From NCBI GenBank assembly GCA_034666705.1, contig JAXDLH010000288.1, positions 7,432 to 71,431 of the forward strand: DNA of 64,000 bases, read 5' to 3'. The notes under the pieces are model-generated. The model was not told the origin of the DNA. It saw only the letters and a list, made by a program, of their open reading frames with translations, and made no database searches. Source of the stretch: Chloroflexota bacterium (GTDB lineage Bacteria; Chloroflexota; UBA6077; SHYK01). Each line of letters begins with the position of its first letter. Position 1 is the first letter of the stretch. Below, piece by piece: positions 45,041 through 54,559 of this stretch. Both the position numbers and the translations under genes were made by a program.

Positions 45041-45720
45041 CCCGAGGCAGCAAGAAGGGACCGAGCGGCGGCCCAGCCGATCTCGTCACGCTGCTTGCGC
45101 CGCGGTCGGCCGCCGCGGAAGCATATCGTACCCTCTGGACCAACCTCCGCTTTGGTGGTCTGGAGCAGACGACGCAGCTCGTGCTCGTGACGAGCGCACG
45201 GCCCGACGAGGGGAAGACCACCACGTTGGCAAACCTCGGCGTCGTCGCTGCTCAGGCTGGGGCTCGCGTCATACTCGTGGACGCTGACTTTCGGCGTCCG
45301 CAGCTCCACGAGCTGTTCGGCGTCGACAATAGCCGCGGCCTGACCTCAGTCCTGTTGGGCGATCTCGACCTCGAAGCTGCCGTATCCGAAGTCGGCGTCG
45401 ACGGTCTCCTCGTGCTGGCGACCGGGCCGGTGCCGCCAAATCCAGCGGAGGTCATGCGCGGCACGCGGATCGACGAAGTCTTGACGCGGCTGCGCACGGT
45501 GGCCGACCTCGTCCTGCTCGACTCCCCGCCCGTATCCGCGGCCGCAGACGCGTCCGCGCTCGCGTCACGTGTCGACGGCGTGGTGCTCGTGCTCGACGCG
45601 CGCCGCACGCGACGCGACCCGGCGCGCCGCGCCAAGGAGCAGCTCGAGCGGGTCAATGCGCGACTGCTGGGCGTCGTGCTAAACAATGCGCAACTGGATG
45701 CCGACGCGTATCGTTATTGA
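45037..45720 (+). CDS. BY-kinase cytoplasmic ATPase domain (CpsD/CapB-like tyrosine kinase)
   Basis: Walker A in context VLVTSARPDEGKTTTLANLG, the VILVDADFRRP segment, and a C-terminal Tyr cluster (DADAYRY). The GTG start overlaps the preceding stop. Confidence 0.8.
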   Translation: MTRGSKKGPSGGPADLVTLLAPRSAAAEAYRTLWTNLRFGGLEQTTQLVLVTSARPDEGKTTTLANLGVVAAQAGARVILVDADFRRPQLHELFGVDNSRGLTSVLLGDLDLEAAVSEVGVDGLLVLATGPVPPNPAEVMRGTRIDEVLTRLRTVADLVLLDSPPVSAAADASALASRVDGVVLVLDARRTRRDPARRAKEQLERVNARLLGVVLNNAQLDADAYRY

Positions 45721-45776
45721 GGCGCTGGATGCCTGCGTCATTCTCGCCAACCACAACCCAAGGAGTGCCGAGCGCA

Positions 45777-46534
45777 TGAAGGGTGTCATTCTCGCCGGTG
45801 GCTCGGGGAGCCGCCTCTATCCATTAACGCGTATTACCAACAAGCACCTGCTCCCCGTCTACGACAAGCCGATGATCTTCTACCCGATCGAGACCCTCGT
45901 GCGCGCCGGGATCACCGACATCATGATCGTCACCGGCGGCAACAACGCCGGCGACTTCTTACGGCTGCTCGGGAATGGGCGGGATTTCGGGTTGAAGCAC
46001 CTCAACTATGCCTACCAGGATCGCGCCGGCGGGATCGCCGAGGCGCTCGGCCTCACCCAGGAGTTCGTAGCCGGCGACCGCTGCGCGCTGCTGCTCGGCG
46101 ACAATATCGTCGAGGACAACATCGCCCCCTTCGTCGCGCACTTCAGCGCCCAGCCGAGCGGCGCCCGCATTGTGCTCAAAGAGATCCCGGAGCGCGCGCA
46201 CCTCGTCCACCTCGGCGTGCCGGTGCTGGAGGAGGGCCGGGTGCTGCGCATCGAGGAGAAGCCGGCGATCCCACAGTCCCCGTACGCCGTCACCGGCGTC
46301 TACATGTACGATGCCCAGGTGTGGGAGATCGTGCAGACCCTGCAGCCCTCCGGCCGCGGCGAGCTGGAGATCACCGACGTGAACAACGAATACATCCGCC
46401 GGGGCGGGATGGGCTACGACGTGCTGCAAGGCTTCTGGGGCGACGCGGGGGAGTCGATCGCCGATTACTGGGAGGTGGGCAATTACGTGGCCGCCCACTG
46501 GCCGCACCGCCCGCTCGTGGAGGAGGCCGTATGA
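45777..46534 (+). CDS. rmlA: glucose-1-phosphate thymidylyltransferase-like sugar nucleotidyltransferase
   Basis: MKGVILAGGSGSRLYPLT...LGDNI fits the RmlA/NTP-transferase family. Confidence 0.75.
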
Positions 46535-47559
46535 AGCTCCTGGTCGCCGGTGGGGCGGGCTTCATCGGCAGCAACTACGTGCGGTACGTGTGCGCCACCA
46601 CCGATGACGAAGTCGTCGTGCTCGACAAGCTGACCTACGCCGGCAATCTCGAGAACTTGCAGGAGTTGCTGACCACCCCGCGGGTGCGCTTCGTCCAGGG
46701 CGATATCGCCAACGCCGACGCGGTGGCGACCGCGATGGCGGGCGTCGACGCCGTGGTGAACTTCGCGGCGGAGACCCACGTCGACCGGTCGATCCTCGAT
46801 CCGGGCAGCTTCATCAGCACCGACGTGTACGGCGTCTACGTGCTGCTCGAGGCGGCCCGGGTCGCCAACGTGCAGCGCTTCCTGCACGTGAGCACCGACG
46901 AGGTGTACGGGGTGGTGCACGAGGGCTCGGCGCCGGAGGAGGCGCGCCTGCTGCCACGCAGCCCCTACTCGGCCAGCAAGGCTGGCGGCGAGCTGCTCGT
47001 CTACGCCTACCACGTCACGTACGGGGTCCCGACCCTGGTGACCCGGGGCTCGAATACCTTTGGCCCGTATCAGTATCCCGAGAAGCTGATCCCGGTCGTG
47101 ATCACCGAGGCGATCGACCAGCGGCCGATCCCCGTCTATGGCGATGGGCGGCAGGTGCGTGACTGGCTCTACGTCGAAGACCACTGCGCAGGGATCGACC
47201 TCGTGCTGCGCCATGGCGAGCCGGGCGAGGCGTACAACGTCGGCGGCGGCAACGAGCGCTACAACGTCGACGTGGTGGCGCGCATCCTCGACGCCCTGGG
47301 CCGGCCCCACACGCTGATCGAGCACGTGCCGGATCGCCCGGGCCACGACGTCCGCTACTCCGTGGAGACGCGCAAGCTCGATCGCCTGGGCTGGGATCGC
47401 TCGCGGCCCTTCGAGGACGCGCTGGAGGCGACCGTGCGCTGGTACGTCGACCACGAGCCCTGGTGGCGGCGGATCAAGGAGGGGGCCGAGTATCGCGCCT
47501 ACTTCACCCGCAACTACGGCAGCCGTGGCGAATCGGCGGCGCCGGGCCCCAGCCGCTAG
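46531..47559 (+). CDS. rmlB: dTDP-glucose 4,6-dehydratase
   Basis: GGAGFIGSN...STDEVYG...YSASKA match the extended SDR RmlB. The ATG overlaps the rmlA stop and has GGAGGAGG upstream. Confidence 0.9.
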   Translation: MKLLVAGGAGFIGSNYVRYVCATTDDEVVVLDKLTYAGNLENLQELLTTPRVRFVQGDIANADAVATAMAGVDAVVNFAAETHVDRSILDPGSFISTDVYGVYVLLEAARVANVQRFLHVSTDEVYGVVHEGSAPEEARLLPRSPYSASKAGGELLVYAYHVTYGVPTLVTRGSNTFGPYQYPEKLIPVVITEAIDQRPIPVYGDGRQVRDWLYVEDHCAGIDLVLRHGEPGEAYNVGGGNERYNVDVVARILDALGRPHTLIEHVPDRPGHDVRYSVETRKLDRLGWDRSRPFEDALEATVRWYVDHEPWWRRIKEGAEYRAYFTRNYGSRGESAAPGPSR

Positions 47560-47706
47560 CTGCCGCAGCTCCCCGTACTCGCGGACCTTCGATACCACTA
47601 CCAACGACGCAGGTGAGCAGGCCGAGTGGCCGCTGCGTGCCGCCGGACCAGTCCGTATAATTCGGCGCTTTGCTCGCTGGCCAGGAATTCAGCGGAGAGG
47701 AAAACG

Positions 47707-49002
47707 ATGCCAGTCGTGGCGGTTGTAGGCGGACAGTGGGGCGATGAGGGAAAGGGCAAGGTCATCGACCTGCTCGCCGGTACCGCCGACATGGTGATCA
47801 GGGCCCACGGCGGGGATAACGCGGGGCATACCGTTATCAATCCGCTAGGGGAGTTCGTGCTTCATCTCGTCCCCGCGGGCATCTTCAATCCCGCGGCCAC
47901 TTGCATCATTGCGCCCGGCGTCGTCGTAAATCCCGTCAGCCTTCTCAAAGAAATGGACGCCCTGGAGGCGCGCGGCGTGGCGACCACCGGGCTGCAGGTA
48001 TCCGATCGCGCCCACATGGTGATGCCGTACCACCTCGTACTCGAGCGCGTGCAGGAATCGCTGCGCGGCAAGGGGGCGATTGGGACCACGGGACGGGGGA
48101 TCGGCCCGGCATACGTGGACAAGGCGGCCCGCGTCGGCATTCAGATCGGCGAGCTGCTCGATCCCGACTCCTTCAAGCGTCGGGTGCACGTCGCCGCCGA
48201 GAGTGCCAACCGCTTCCTCCGCTCGGTGGAGCACGAGCCCGAAATCGACGGCGACCAGATCGTGCGCGAGTATCTGCAGATCGCGGAGCGACTCGGGCCG
48301 TACGTCGCCGACGTTTCAGGGCGCGTGGCGGATGCCGTCGATCGCAACGCGCGCATCCTTCTCGAAGGGGCCCAGGCGACCCTCCTCGATATTGACCACG
48401 GGACCTATCCGTACGTCACCAGCTCAGCATGCACGGTGGCGGGGCTGTTGCAAGGCGCAGGCATTCCCCCACGCGCGCTCACTCGCTCCATCGGTATCTA
48501 CAAGGCGTACACCACGCGTGTTGGCTCCGGAGCGATGCCGAGCGAGCTGCGTGACGAGACGGGCGCGTACCTCCGCGAGCATGCGCACGAGTTTGGCGCC
48601 ACCACTGGCCGGGCGCGGCGGGTCGGCTGGTTCGACGGCGTACTGGCCCGGTACACCGCACGCGTGAACGGGTTCGACCAGATCGCGCTGACCCGCCTCG
48701 ACATTCTGGACGAAATGGACTCGATCAACGTCTGCGTGGGATACGAGGTACACGGCCAGCGCGTGGATCGACTGCCGTCCAATCACGCCATGCACGATGA
48801 GTGCCAACCGGTGTTGGAGGAGCTGCCCGGCTGGCGGGAATCGATCTGCGACATCGCCGACTTCGCCGAGCTGCCCGACGAGGCCGCCCGATATGTACGT
48901 CGCATCGAGCAGCTTGTCGGCGCTCCGGCCGATATCATTGGGGTAGGGCCCGCGCGAACACAGACGATTCATCGTGGCGACCTTTGGGGCCGACCGGACT
49001 AG
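47707..49002 (+). CDS. purA: adenylosuccinate synthetase
   Basis: VVGGQWGDEGKGK...GGDNAGHT...TGRGIGPAY matches PurA. ATG has GGAGAGGAAAA upstream. Confidence 0.95.
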   Translation: MPVVAVVGGQWGDEGKGKVIDLLAGTADMVIRAHGGDNAGHTVINPLGEFVLHLVPAGIFNPAATCIIAPGVVVNPVSLLKEMDALEARGVATTGLQVSDRAHMVMPYHLVLERVQESLRGKGAIGTTGRGIGPAYVDKAARVGIQIGELLDPDSFKRRVHVAAESANRFLRSVEHEPEIDGDQIVREYLQIAERLGPYVADVSGRVADAVDRNARILLEGAQATLLDIDHGTYPYVTSSACTVAGLLQGAGIPPRALTRSIGIYKAYTTRVGSGAMPSELRDETGAYLREHAHEFGATTGRARRVGWFDGVLARYTARVNGFDQIALTRLDILDEMDSINVCVGYEVHGQRVDRLPSNHAMHDECQPVLEELPGWRESICDIADFAELPDEAARYVRRIEQLVGAPADIIGVGPARTQTIHRGDLWGRPD

Positions 49003-49075
49003 GCCGGGCCATTCGTCGCGCCCGCCGACAACACATCACGCATCCCCAGCCCTCATCCTCGCCTCGGATTGGCTT

Positions 49076-51316
49076 ATGCTCAACCGCCTCGTGCTCAAGG
49101 AAAATGAGATCTTTGCTGTCACCGATCGCGATGGCAACATCCGTGCGGACGCCATGGATGGCGAAGGCCTGTACTTTCAGGACACGCGATTTCTGAGCAT
49201 CTTCGAGTTCAGCATCGATCACCTGCCGCTGCAGCTCCTCTCCAGCGCGGGCGAGCTGAACTTCATGAGCAATTTCCAGTTTGGCAATCAACCGTCGACC
49301 CTTGACGACGGCAGCGACGTGCCGGGGCGCGTCATTAGCGTGCGCCGCAACCGGTTCATCGATGCCGGGCTGCACGAGCGCATCGGGCTGATGAACTATG
49401 GTCCCACTACAGTGGAGCTCACCATTCGTCTCACGGTTGGCTCCGACTTCCGTGATATGTTCGACGTGCGCGGCTACATGCAACGGCCCCGCCGAGGCAT
49501 GGTCAGTGCGCCGGCGCACGAGGGTGACACGATTCTCCTGCGCTACCTGGGGCTCGACGATGTGACGCGGCGAACCGAGATCACGTTTGACCGAGTGCCA
49601 GACGACGTGGTGATTCTGCACCCCGAGCCAACAGAGGTCGGGATATTGCCGACGGATCCGGCTGAGATCGCGACCATGGACGTCCGAACGGAGGTCCGAC
49701 TCGAACCGCCCTCTGCTCAAGCCTTGTTCCACGCAAAGCTGGAGCCGGGGAAAAGCTGGTCGATGACGGTAAACGTCGAACCCGTCGTTGAGGCGCATGC
49801 ACCGCCACGTCGGCCATTCCCCGCCCTGGACGATGCGTTCGTGCGCATCGCCGACGAATACCGGCAGTGGATGGCATCGTGCACCCGAATTACGACCGAC
49901 CACGACCTCATCAACAATCTGATCGACCGCAACGTGCAGGACCTGCGCCTCACCATCAATAAGGTCGATTCCGGCCTCTTGCCGGTCGCCGGCATTCCGT
50001 GGTTCAGCGTGCCGTTTGGCCGGGACAGCCTCATCGCGTCCCTGCAGACGCTGTCCCTGAACCCGGACATCGCCTACGGCACGCTGCGTTTTCTCGCATT
50101 GCATCAGGGCACGCGGGTCGATCCCTGGTGTGACGAGGAACCGGGAAAGATCCTGCACGAGATTCGGAGCGGCGAGATGGCCGCACTCCATGAAGTCCCG
50201 CAGACCCCGTATTACGGCAGCGTCGACTCGACGCCCCTCTTCGTGGTCGTCTTCACCGAGCTCATGCGCTGGATGGACGACATGGCGCTCGCGGCGGAGC
50301 TGCGGCCCCACCTGGAGCGCGCCCTGCAGTGGATCCGTACCTACGGCGATCCGGACGGCGATGGCCTGTTGGAATATGAGTCCAAGTCAACGCGCGGGAT
50401 TCACAACCAGGGCTGGAAGGATTCGCACGATTCGGTGACCTTTCCGGACGGCAGCTATGCCCAGGCGCCGATCGCCATCGCCGAGGTGCAAGGATACGCA
50501 TACGCCGCGGAACGGGGCATGGCGGAGATGTACGCCCGCTGGGGCGAGCCGGAGCGTACCCAGGAGTGCCTGGCACGAGCGGCGCGCTTGAAACGGCGCT
50601 TCGACGAGGCATTCTGGCTCGAATCGCTCGGCTTTTACGCGGAAGCGCTCGACGCGCATAAAGCTCCAGTACCCGCGCTTACCTCCAACCCGGGTCACTG
50701 CTTGCTGATGGGAATGCTGGATGGGCCTCGGGCCGACCGCTTCGTCGCGCGGCTGATGCAGGACGACATGATGTGCGGGTGGGGCCTGCGCACACTGAGC
50801 GGCGACTTCCCAACCTTCAATCCGATGAGCTACCACAACGGCTCGGTCTGGCCGCACGATAACTCGATCGTGGTCGCCGGGCTGCGGCGCGCAGGGTATG
50901 CGGACGAGGCGGTACGGGTCATCCAGGAGATGTTCGACGCGGGCATCCGGTTGCCCAGCTTCCGCATGCCCGAGCTCTTCTGTGGCTTCAGCCGCGACCG
51001 CCGCTACCAGTCGCTGCCGGCATCGTACCCGGTGTCCTGCAGTCCGCAGGCATGGGCGGCGGGATCGGTGTTCCTCATGCTCCAGCATCTAGTCGGCCTG
51101 GAAGTCGACCTGCCGCACCACCGCATCCGGCTGAGCCCTGCCCTGCTCCCTTCGATGAATGAGATTCACTTCGAGCACCTGCGACTCGGCGGCGGTCGGA
51201 CGATCTCAGTCGACGTGTATCGGCTGGGCGATGAGGTCGCTTGCAAGGTGCACGACGCCGAGGGTCTGCAGGTCGAGATCAGGCCAATTCGCCCGCAGCT
51301 TGTGCGAGCTCGCTAA
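49076..51316 (+). CDS. amylo-alpha-1,6-glucosidase / glycogen debranching enzyme family protein
   Basis: N-terminal GDE_N-like region (FAVTDRDGNI...GLYFQDTRFLS) and a C-terminal six-hairpin glycosidase domain (GWGLRTLS...YHNGSVWPHDN). Confidence 0.7.
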   Translation: MLNRLVLKENEIFAVTDRDGNIRADAMDGEGLYFQDTRFLSIFEFSIDHLPLQLLSSAGELNFMSNFQFGNQPSTLDDGSDVPGRVISVRRNRFIDAGLHERIGLMNYGPTTVELTIRLTVGSDFRDMFDVRGYMQRPRRGMVSAPAHEGDTILLRYLGLDDVTRRTEITFDRVPDDVVILHPEPTEVGILPTDPAEIATMDVRTEVRLEPPSAQALFHAKLEPGKSWSMTVNVEPVVEAHAPPRRPFPALDDAFVRIADEYRQWMASCTRITTDHDLINNLIDRNVQDLRLTINKVDSGLLPVAGIPWFSVPFGRDSLIASLQTLSLNPDIAYGTLRFLALHQGTRVDPWCDEEPGKILHEIRSGEMAALHEVPQTPYYGSVDSTPLFVVVFTELMRWMDDMALAAELRPHLERALQWIRTYGDPDGDGLLEYESKSTRGIHNQGWKDSHDSVTFPDGSYAQAPIAIAEVQGYAYAAERGMAEMYARWGEPERTQECLARAARLKRRFDEAFWLESLGFYAEALDAHKAPVPALTSNPGHCLLMGMLDGPRADRFVARLMQDDMMCGWGLRTLSGDFPTFNPMSYHNGSVWPHDNSIVVAGLRRAGYADEAVRVIQEMFDAGIRLPSFRMPELFCGFSRDRRYQSLPASYPVSCSPQAWAAGSVFLMLQHLVGLEVDLPHHRIRLSPALLPSMNEIHFEHLRLGGGRTISVDVYRLGDEVACKVHDAEGLQVEIRPIRPQLVRAR

Positions 51317-52355
51317 CCACTGCGTCGGCGGCGCTCGCCGGAAGCAACTTCGAAGCGGCCTTTTCGAGCGCGTGCCGCCGACTCGTGTCCGCCAGCAGCT
51401 CACGAACGAGCTCAACCAGGAGCCGCGGCGTCAATTCGCGCTCGTGGGCGACGACACCCGCCTGGTGGCGCGCCACGACGGCGGCATTCGCTTCCTGGTG
51501 TGAATTGGGCATAGGGATCACGATCGCCGCCTTGCCGAGCGCCCCAACCTCGGCCAGCGCCGACATGCCGGCGCGGGTGATCACGACCTCAGCCGCGGCA
51601 AGCACGTCGGGCATCTCAGAGGTCAAGAATTCCACCTGTCGATATCTCGGGTGGTCGATTGCCTCGACCCGCTTGCCTGCGCCGGTAAGGTGGAGTACCT
51701 GCGCTCCCTCGATAAGCTGCGGAGCCGCGCTGGCCACGATCTGGTTCAGGTTCAGGGCGCCCGTCCCACCGCCGGTGGCCAGGACCAACGGCACGCCAGA
51801 CTCCAGTCCGAGCGTCTCACCCGCGCGCACCGCACTCGCCGCAGCGAACGCGTCACGGACCGGATTACCGACAATCCGCGCGTTCGCATGGCGCAGCAGG
51901 CCGACCGTCTCCGGAAAGGCGACTGTCACTCGCGTCGCAAACGGCACCAGAATCCGATTGGCGAGGCTCGGGAGGACATCTTGCTGATGGATGACGAGTG
52001 GCACGCCAAGCACGCGTGCGGCCAGAAGGGGGGGAACCGTCGCGAACCCGCCGGCGCCAAACGCGACATCCGGCCAAAAACGACGCACGATTCGAATTGA
52101 TTGCGCAACCCCGGCGGCGACGAGCGCCGGGTCGGTGAGGTTGCGCCAGTCGGCGTAGCGGCGAAGCTTGCCGGTGCGCACGGCGATGAATGGGAGCCCC
52201 GCGTCGCGCACCAATGCGGCCTCGGGCCCGCCACGGGTGCCGACGTACAACATCTCGGCGTGCGGCCAACGGCGACGCGCGGCCTGGGCGACCGCAATGA
52301 CCGGCGCCGCCGAACCGCCAGAGCCACCCCCTGCGCAAAGGATCCGCACGTGCAC
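51279..52355 (-). CDS. MurG-like GT28 glycosyltransferase
   Basis: MHVRILCAGGGSGGSAAP...GGFATVP...the C-terminal UDP-sugar binding region matches MurG/GT28. Located away from any dcw genes. Confidence 0.65.
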   Translation of the reverse strand: MHVRILCAGGGSGGSAAPVIAVAQAARRRWPHAEMLYVGTRGGPEAALVRDAGLPFIAVRTGKLRRYADWRNLTDPALVAAGVAQSIRIVRRFWPDVAFGAGGFATVPPLLAARVLGVPLVIHQQDVLPSLANRILVPFATRVTVAFPETVGLLRHANARIVGNPVRDAFAAASAVRAGETLGLESGVPLVLATGGGTGALNLNQIVASAAPQLIEGAQVLHLTGAGKRVEAIDHPRYRQVEFLTSEMPDVLAAAEVVITRAGMSALAEVGALGKAAIVIPMPNSHQEANAAVVARHQAGVVAHERELTPRLLVELVRELLADTSRRHALEKAASKLLPASAADAVVSELAQAAGELA

Positions 52356-52619
52356 CTCCCGCAGGATTGGTACCTAAGTCTATGTGCCAGCCGTCGCCCC
52401 TTGCAGCGCAGCGCCCGGGCGCTGCGCCACAGTCGGCTCGGCCTCAACATTCGCGGCATCCCAATCGTAGTGAAGGCTCCATGACTCAACGCCTGGACGG
52501 CAGATCATTGCTGCTGCACTCTCTGGGATGGCAGAGCCCATGAGTTTGCACCGTTCGTATTTCCAGTGCTAACGTGTGGAAGTCGATTTTTCAAGAATCT
52601 GTAGATTTCTGTAGGTTTC

Positions 52620-53276
52620 ATGGCTGAGAGTCTCGTCACTCCCGCGCCGGAGTGGGTCTCCATCGGACGAGCCTGCCAGATGCTCGGGGTCAATCCCGCC
52701 ACGTTGCGGCAATGGACCGACGCTGGCAGGCTTGGTGTGTATCGAACACCAGGCGGGCACCGGCGCTTCAGCGCTGCCGAGGTCGCAGCACTCCGCCGGG
52801 CGCCAGATGCCCACCGCGGCGCGGATCTTCCGGCCGCCCTGGTCGCGCAACTGCAAGCGCGGTACCGGGCGCTTGGCCACTCATCCTCCACGCATCACGG
52901 ATGGCTCGCGGAGTTGGGCACTGACACGCGCGACGAGCTGCGCGCGCTCGGAGACGAGCTGCTGGCGGAGCTCGGGCAACTGATCGGTACCCCTTCACCC
53001 ACCGGTCGTCGCACCGGGCTTGCGGCCGCCCGGCGCATCGGCGCGCGGTACGCGGCGATCGCGGCTCGGGCGGGTGTGGACGTCGGACAGATCGTCGAGG
53101 CGTATGTCATGTTCCGACGTCCGCTGCTCGAGGTACTAGCGAACAGCATTACGCGCTATCCGGAGACGGGCGCGGAGATCGGCCCAATCATGCGCCGCGC
53201 CGAGCGCCTCATGGACGAGGTACTCGAGGGGATCACGGCGTCGAGCACGTCCGGCCGCGAGACGCCGCACGCATGA
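52620..53276 (+). CDS. MerR/excisionase-type HTH transcriptional regulator with uncharacterised C-terminal domain
   Basis: N-terminal helix-turn-helix (VSIGRACQMLGVNPATLRQWTDAGRLGVYRTPGGHRRF). The ~140-aa C-terminal domain matched no family I recognise. The stop overlaps the hemA start (ATGA). Confidence 0.6.
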   Translation: MAESLVTPAPEWVSIGRACQMLGVNPATLRQWTDAGRLGVYRTPGGHRRFSAAEVAALRRAPDAHRGADLPAALVAQLQARYRALGHSSSTHHGWLAELGTDTRDELRALGDELLAELGQLIGTPSPTGRRTGLAAARRIGARYAAIAARAGVDVGQIVEAYVMFRRPLLEVLANSITRYPETGAEIGPIMRRAERLMDEVLEGITASSTSGRETPHA

Positions 53277-54559
53277 TCACGCTGCTTGGCATCGACCACC
53301 ATTCCGCGCCAGTTGCTCTCCGCGAGCGCCTCGCTTTCGTCGAGGACGAGATTCCCGGGGCACTCCGCGAGCTGACCTCTACAGCCGACGAGGCCTACCT
53401 CCTTTCCACGTGCAATCGGACGGAGATCTACGCAGTAGGCGCCGAACACCCCATCTCTTCCCTGATTGGATTTATCGCCGAGCAGCGCGGCGTCAATCCG
53501 AACGAGCTCACAGGCCACAGCTACGCGCGCGAAGGGAGCGCCGCCGTCGAGCACCTGCTGCGCGTGGCCTCCGGCATCGAGTCCATGGTGCTTGGCGAGA
53601 CACAGATCCTGGGCCAGGTCCGTGATGCATACCAGACCGCACGCGACGCCGGGACCATTGGTCGGGTGTTGGGCCGGGCGCTGCCGCTCGCACTCGAGGC
53701 GGGGAAGCGCGCTCGGACCGAAACCGCGATCAGCCGGGGCGCGCTCTCGGCGAGCTCGGTAGCCGTCGACCTCGCCCATCGCCTCCTCGACGGCCTCGGC
53801 GGAAGAGCGGTGCTCGTCATCGGTGCCGGGGAAGCCGGCGAGGCGACCGTGCGAGCCCTCATCGAGGGCGGCGCGGGGGACATTATCGTGGCCAACCGGT
53901 CGCCGGAGCGCGCCGAGCGCCTGGCGAGCACGCTGCAAGGCCGTGCCGTCCCGTTCACGGATCTCCAGCACGCGCTGGAGCAGGTGGACATCGTCATCAG
54001 CTCCACCGGTGCCCCGGAGCACATCGTCACGTACGACCTCGTCCGCCGAGCGATGGACGAGCGTCCCGACCGGCCACTCTTCTGTATCGACATCGCGGTA
54101 CCACGCGACGTCGATCCCGCAGTGGTGGAGCTGCCAAGCGTCGTGCTCTACAACATCGACGATCTCGAGGCGCTCTGCGCAGCCAACCTCCAGGTGCGCA
54201 AGCGCGAGGCCACGGCCGTCGAGCGCATCATCGGCGAGGCGCTCGACGACTTCCGCCAGTGGGAGACCACCGAGCAGGTCATCCCGATGATCGGTGAGCT
54301 CTACCAGCGCGCGGAGACTATCCGCCAGACTGAGCTGGAACGCACGCTGCGCCGTCTGCCGTCGCTTTCCGACGAGGAGCGCGCGATGCTCGACGCGATG
54401 ACCGCCTCGATCGTGCGGCGCCTCCTCCATACGCCGGTCTCGGTGTTGAAATCCAGCCAGGAGGGCCCGGACGGCGACGCGATCGCGAGCGCCATGCAGC
54501 AGCTCTTCAAACTAGCCCGCGAGGAAGTCGCCGGGGTAGGCGCCGAGCGGGCGCCGTGA
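53273..54559 (+). CDS. hemA: glutamyl-tRNA reductase
   Basis: STCNRTEIY catalytic Cys motif and the NADPH-binding GAGEAG. Confidence 0.9.
   Translation: MITLLGIDHHSAPVALRERLAFVEDEIPGALRELTSTADEAYLLSTCNRTEIYAVGAEHPISSLIGFIAEQRGVNPNELTGHSYAREGSAAVEHLLRVASGIESMVLGETQILGQVRDAYQTARDAGTIGRVLGRALPLALEAGKRARTETAISRGALSASSVAVDLAHRLLDGLGGRAVLVIGAGEAGEATVRALIEGGAGDIIVANRSPERAERLASTLQGRAVPFTDLQHALEQVDIVISSTGAPEHIVTYDLVRRAMDERPDRPLFCIDIAVPRDVDPAVVELPSVVLYNIDDLEALCAANLQVRKREATAVERIIGEALDDFRQWETTEQVIPMIGELYQRAETIRQTELERTLRRLPSLSDEERAMLDAMTASIVRRLLHTPVSVLKSSQEGPDGDAIASAMQQLFKLAREEVAGVGAERAP

Noticed and set aside
48935-50311. 458-aa minus-strand ORF opposite purA 3' end and the debranching enzyme
   Set aside because: Antisense to two well-supported genes; no family resemblance.
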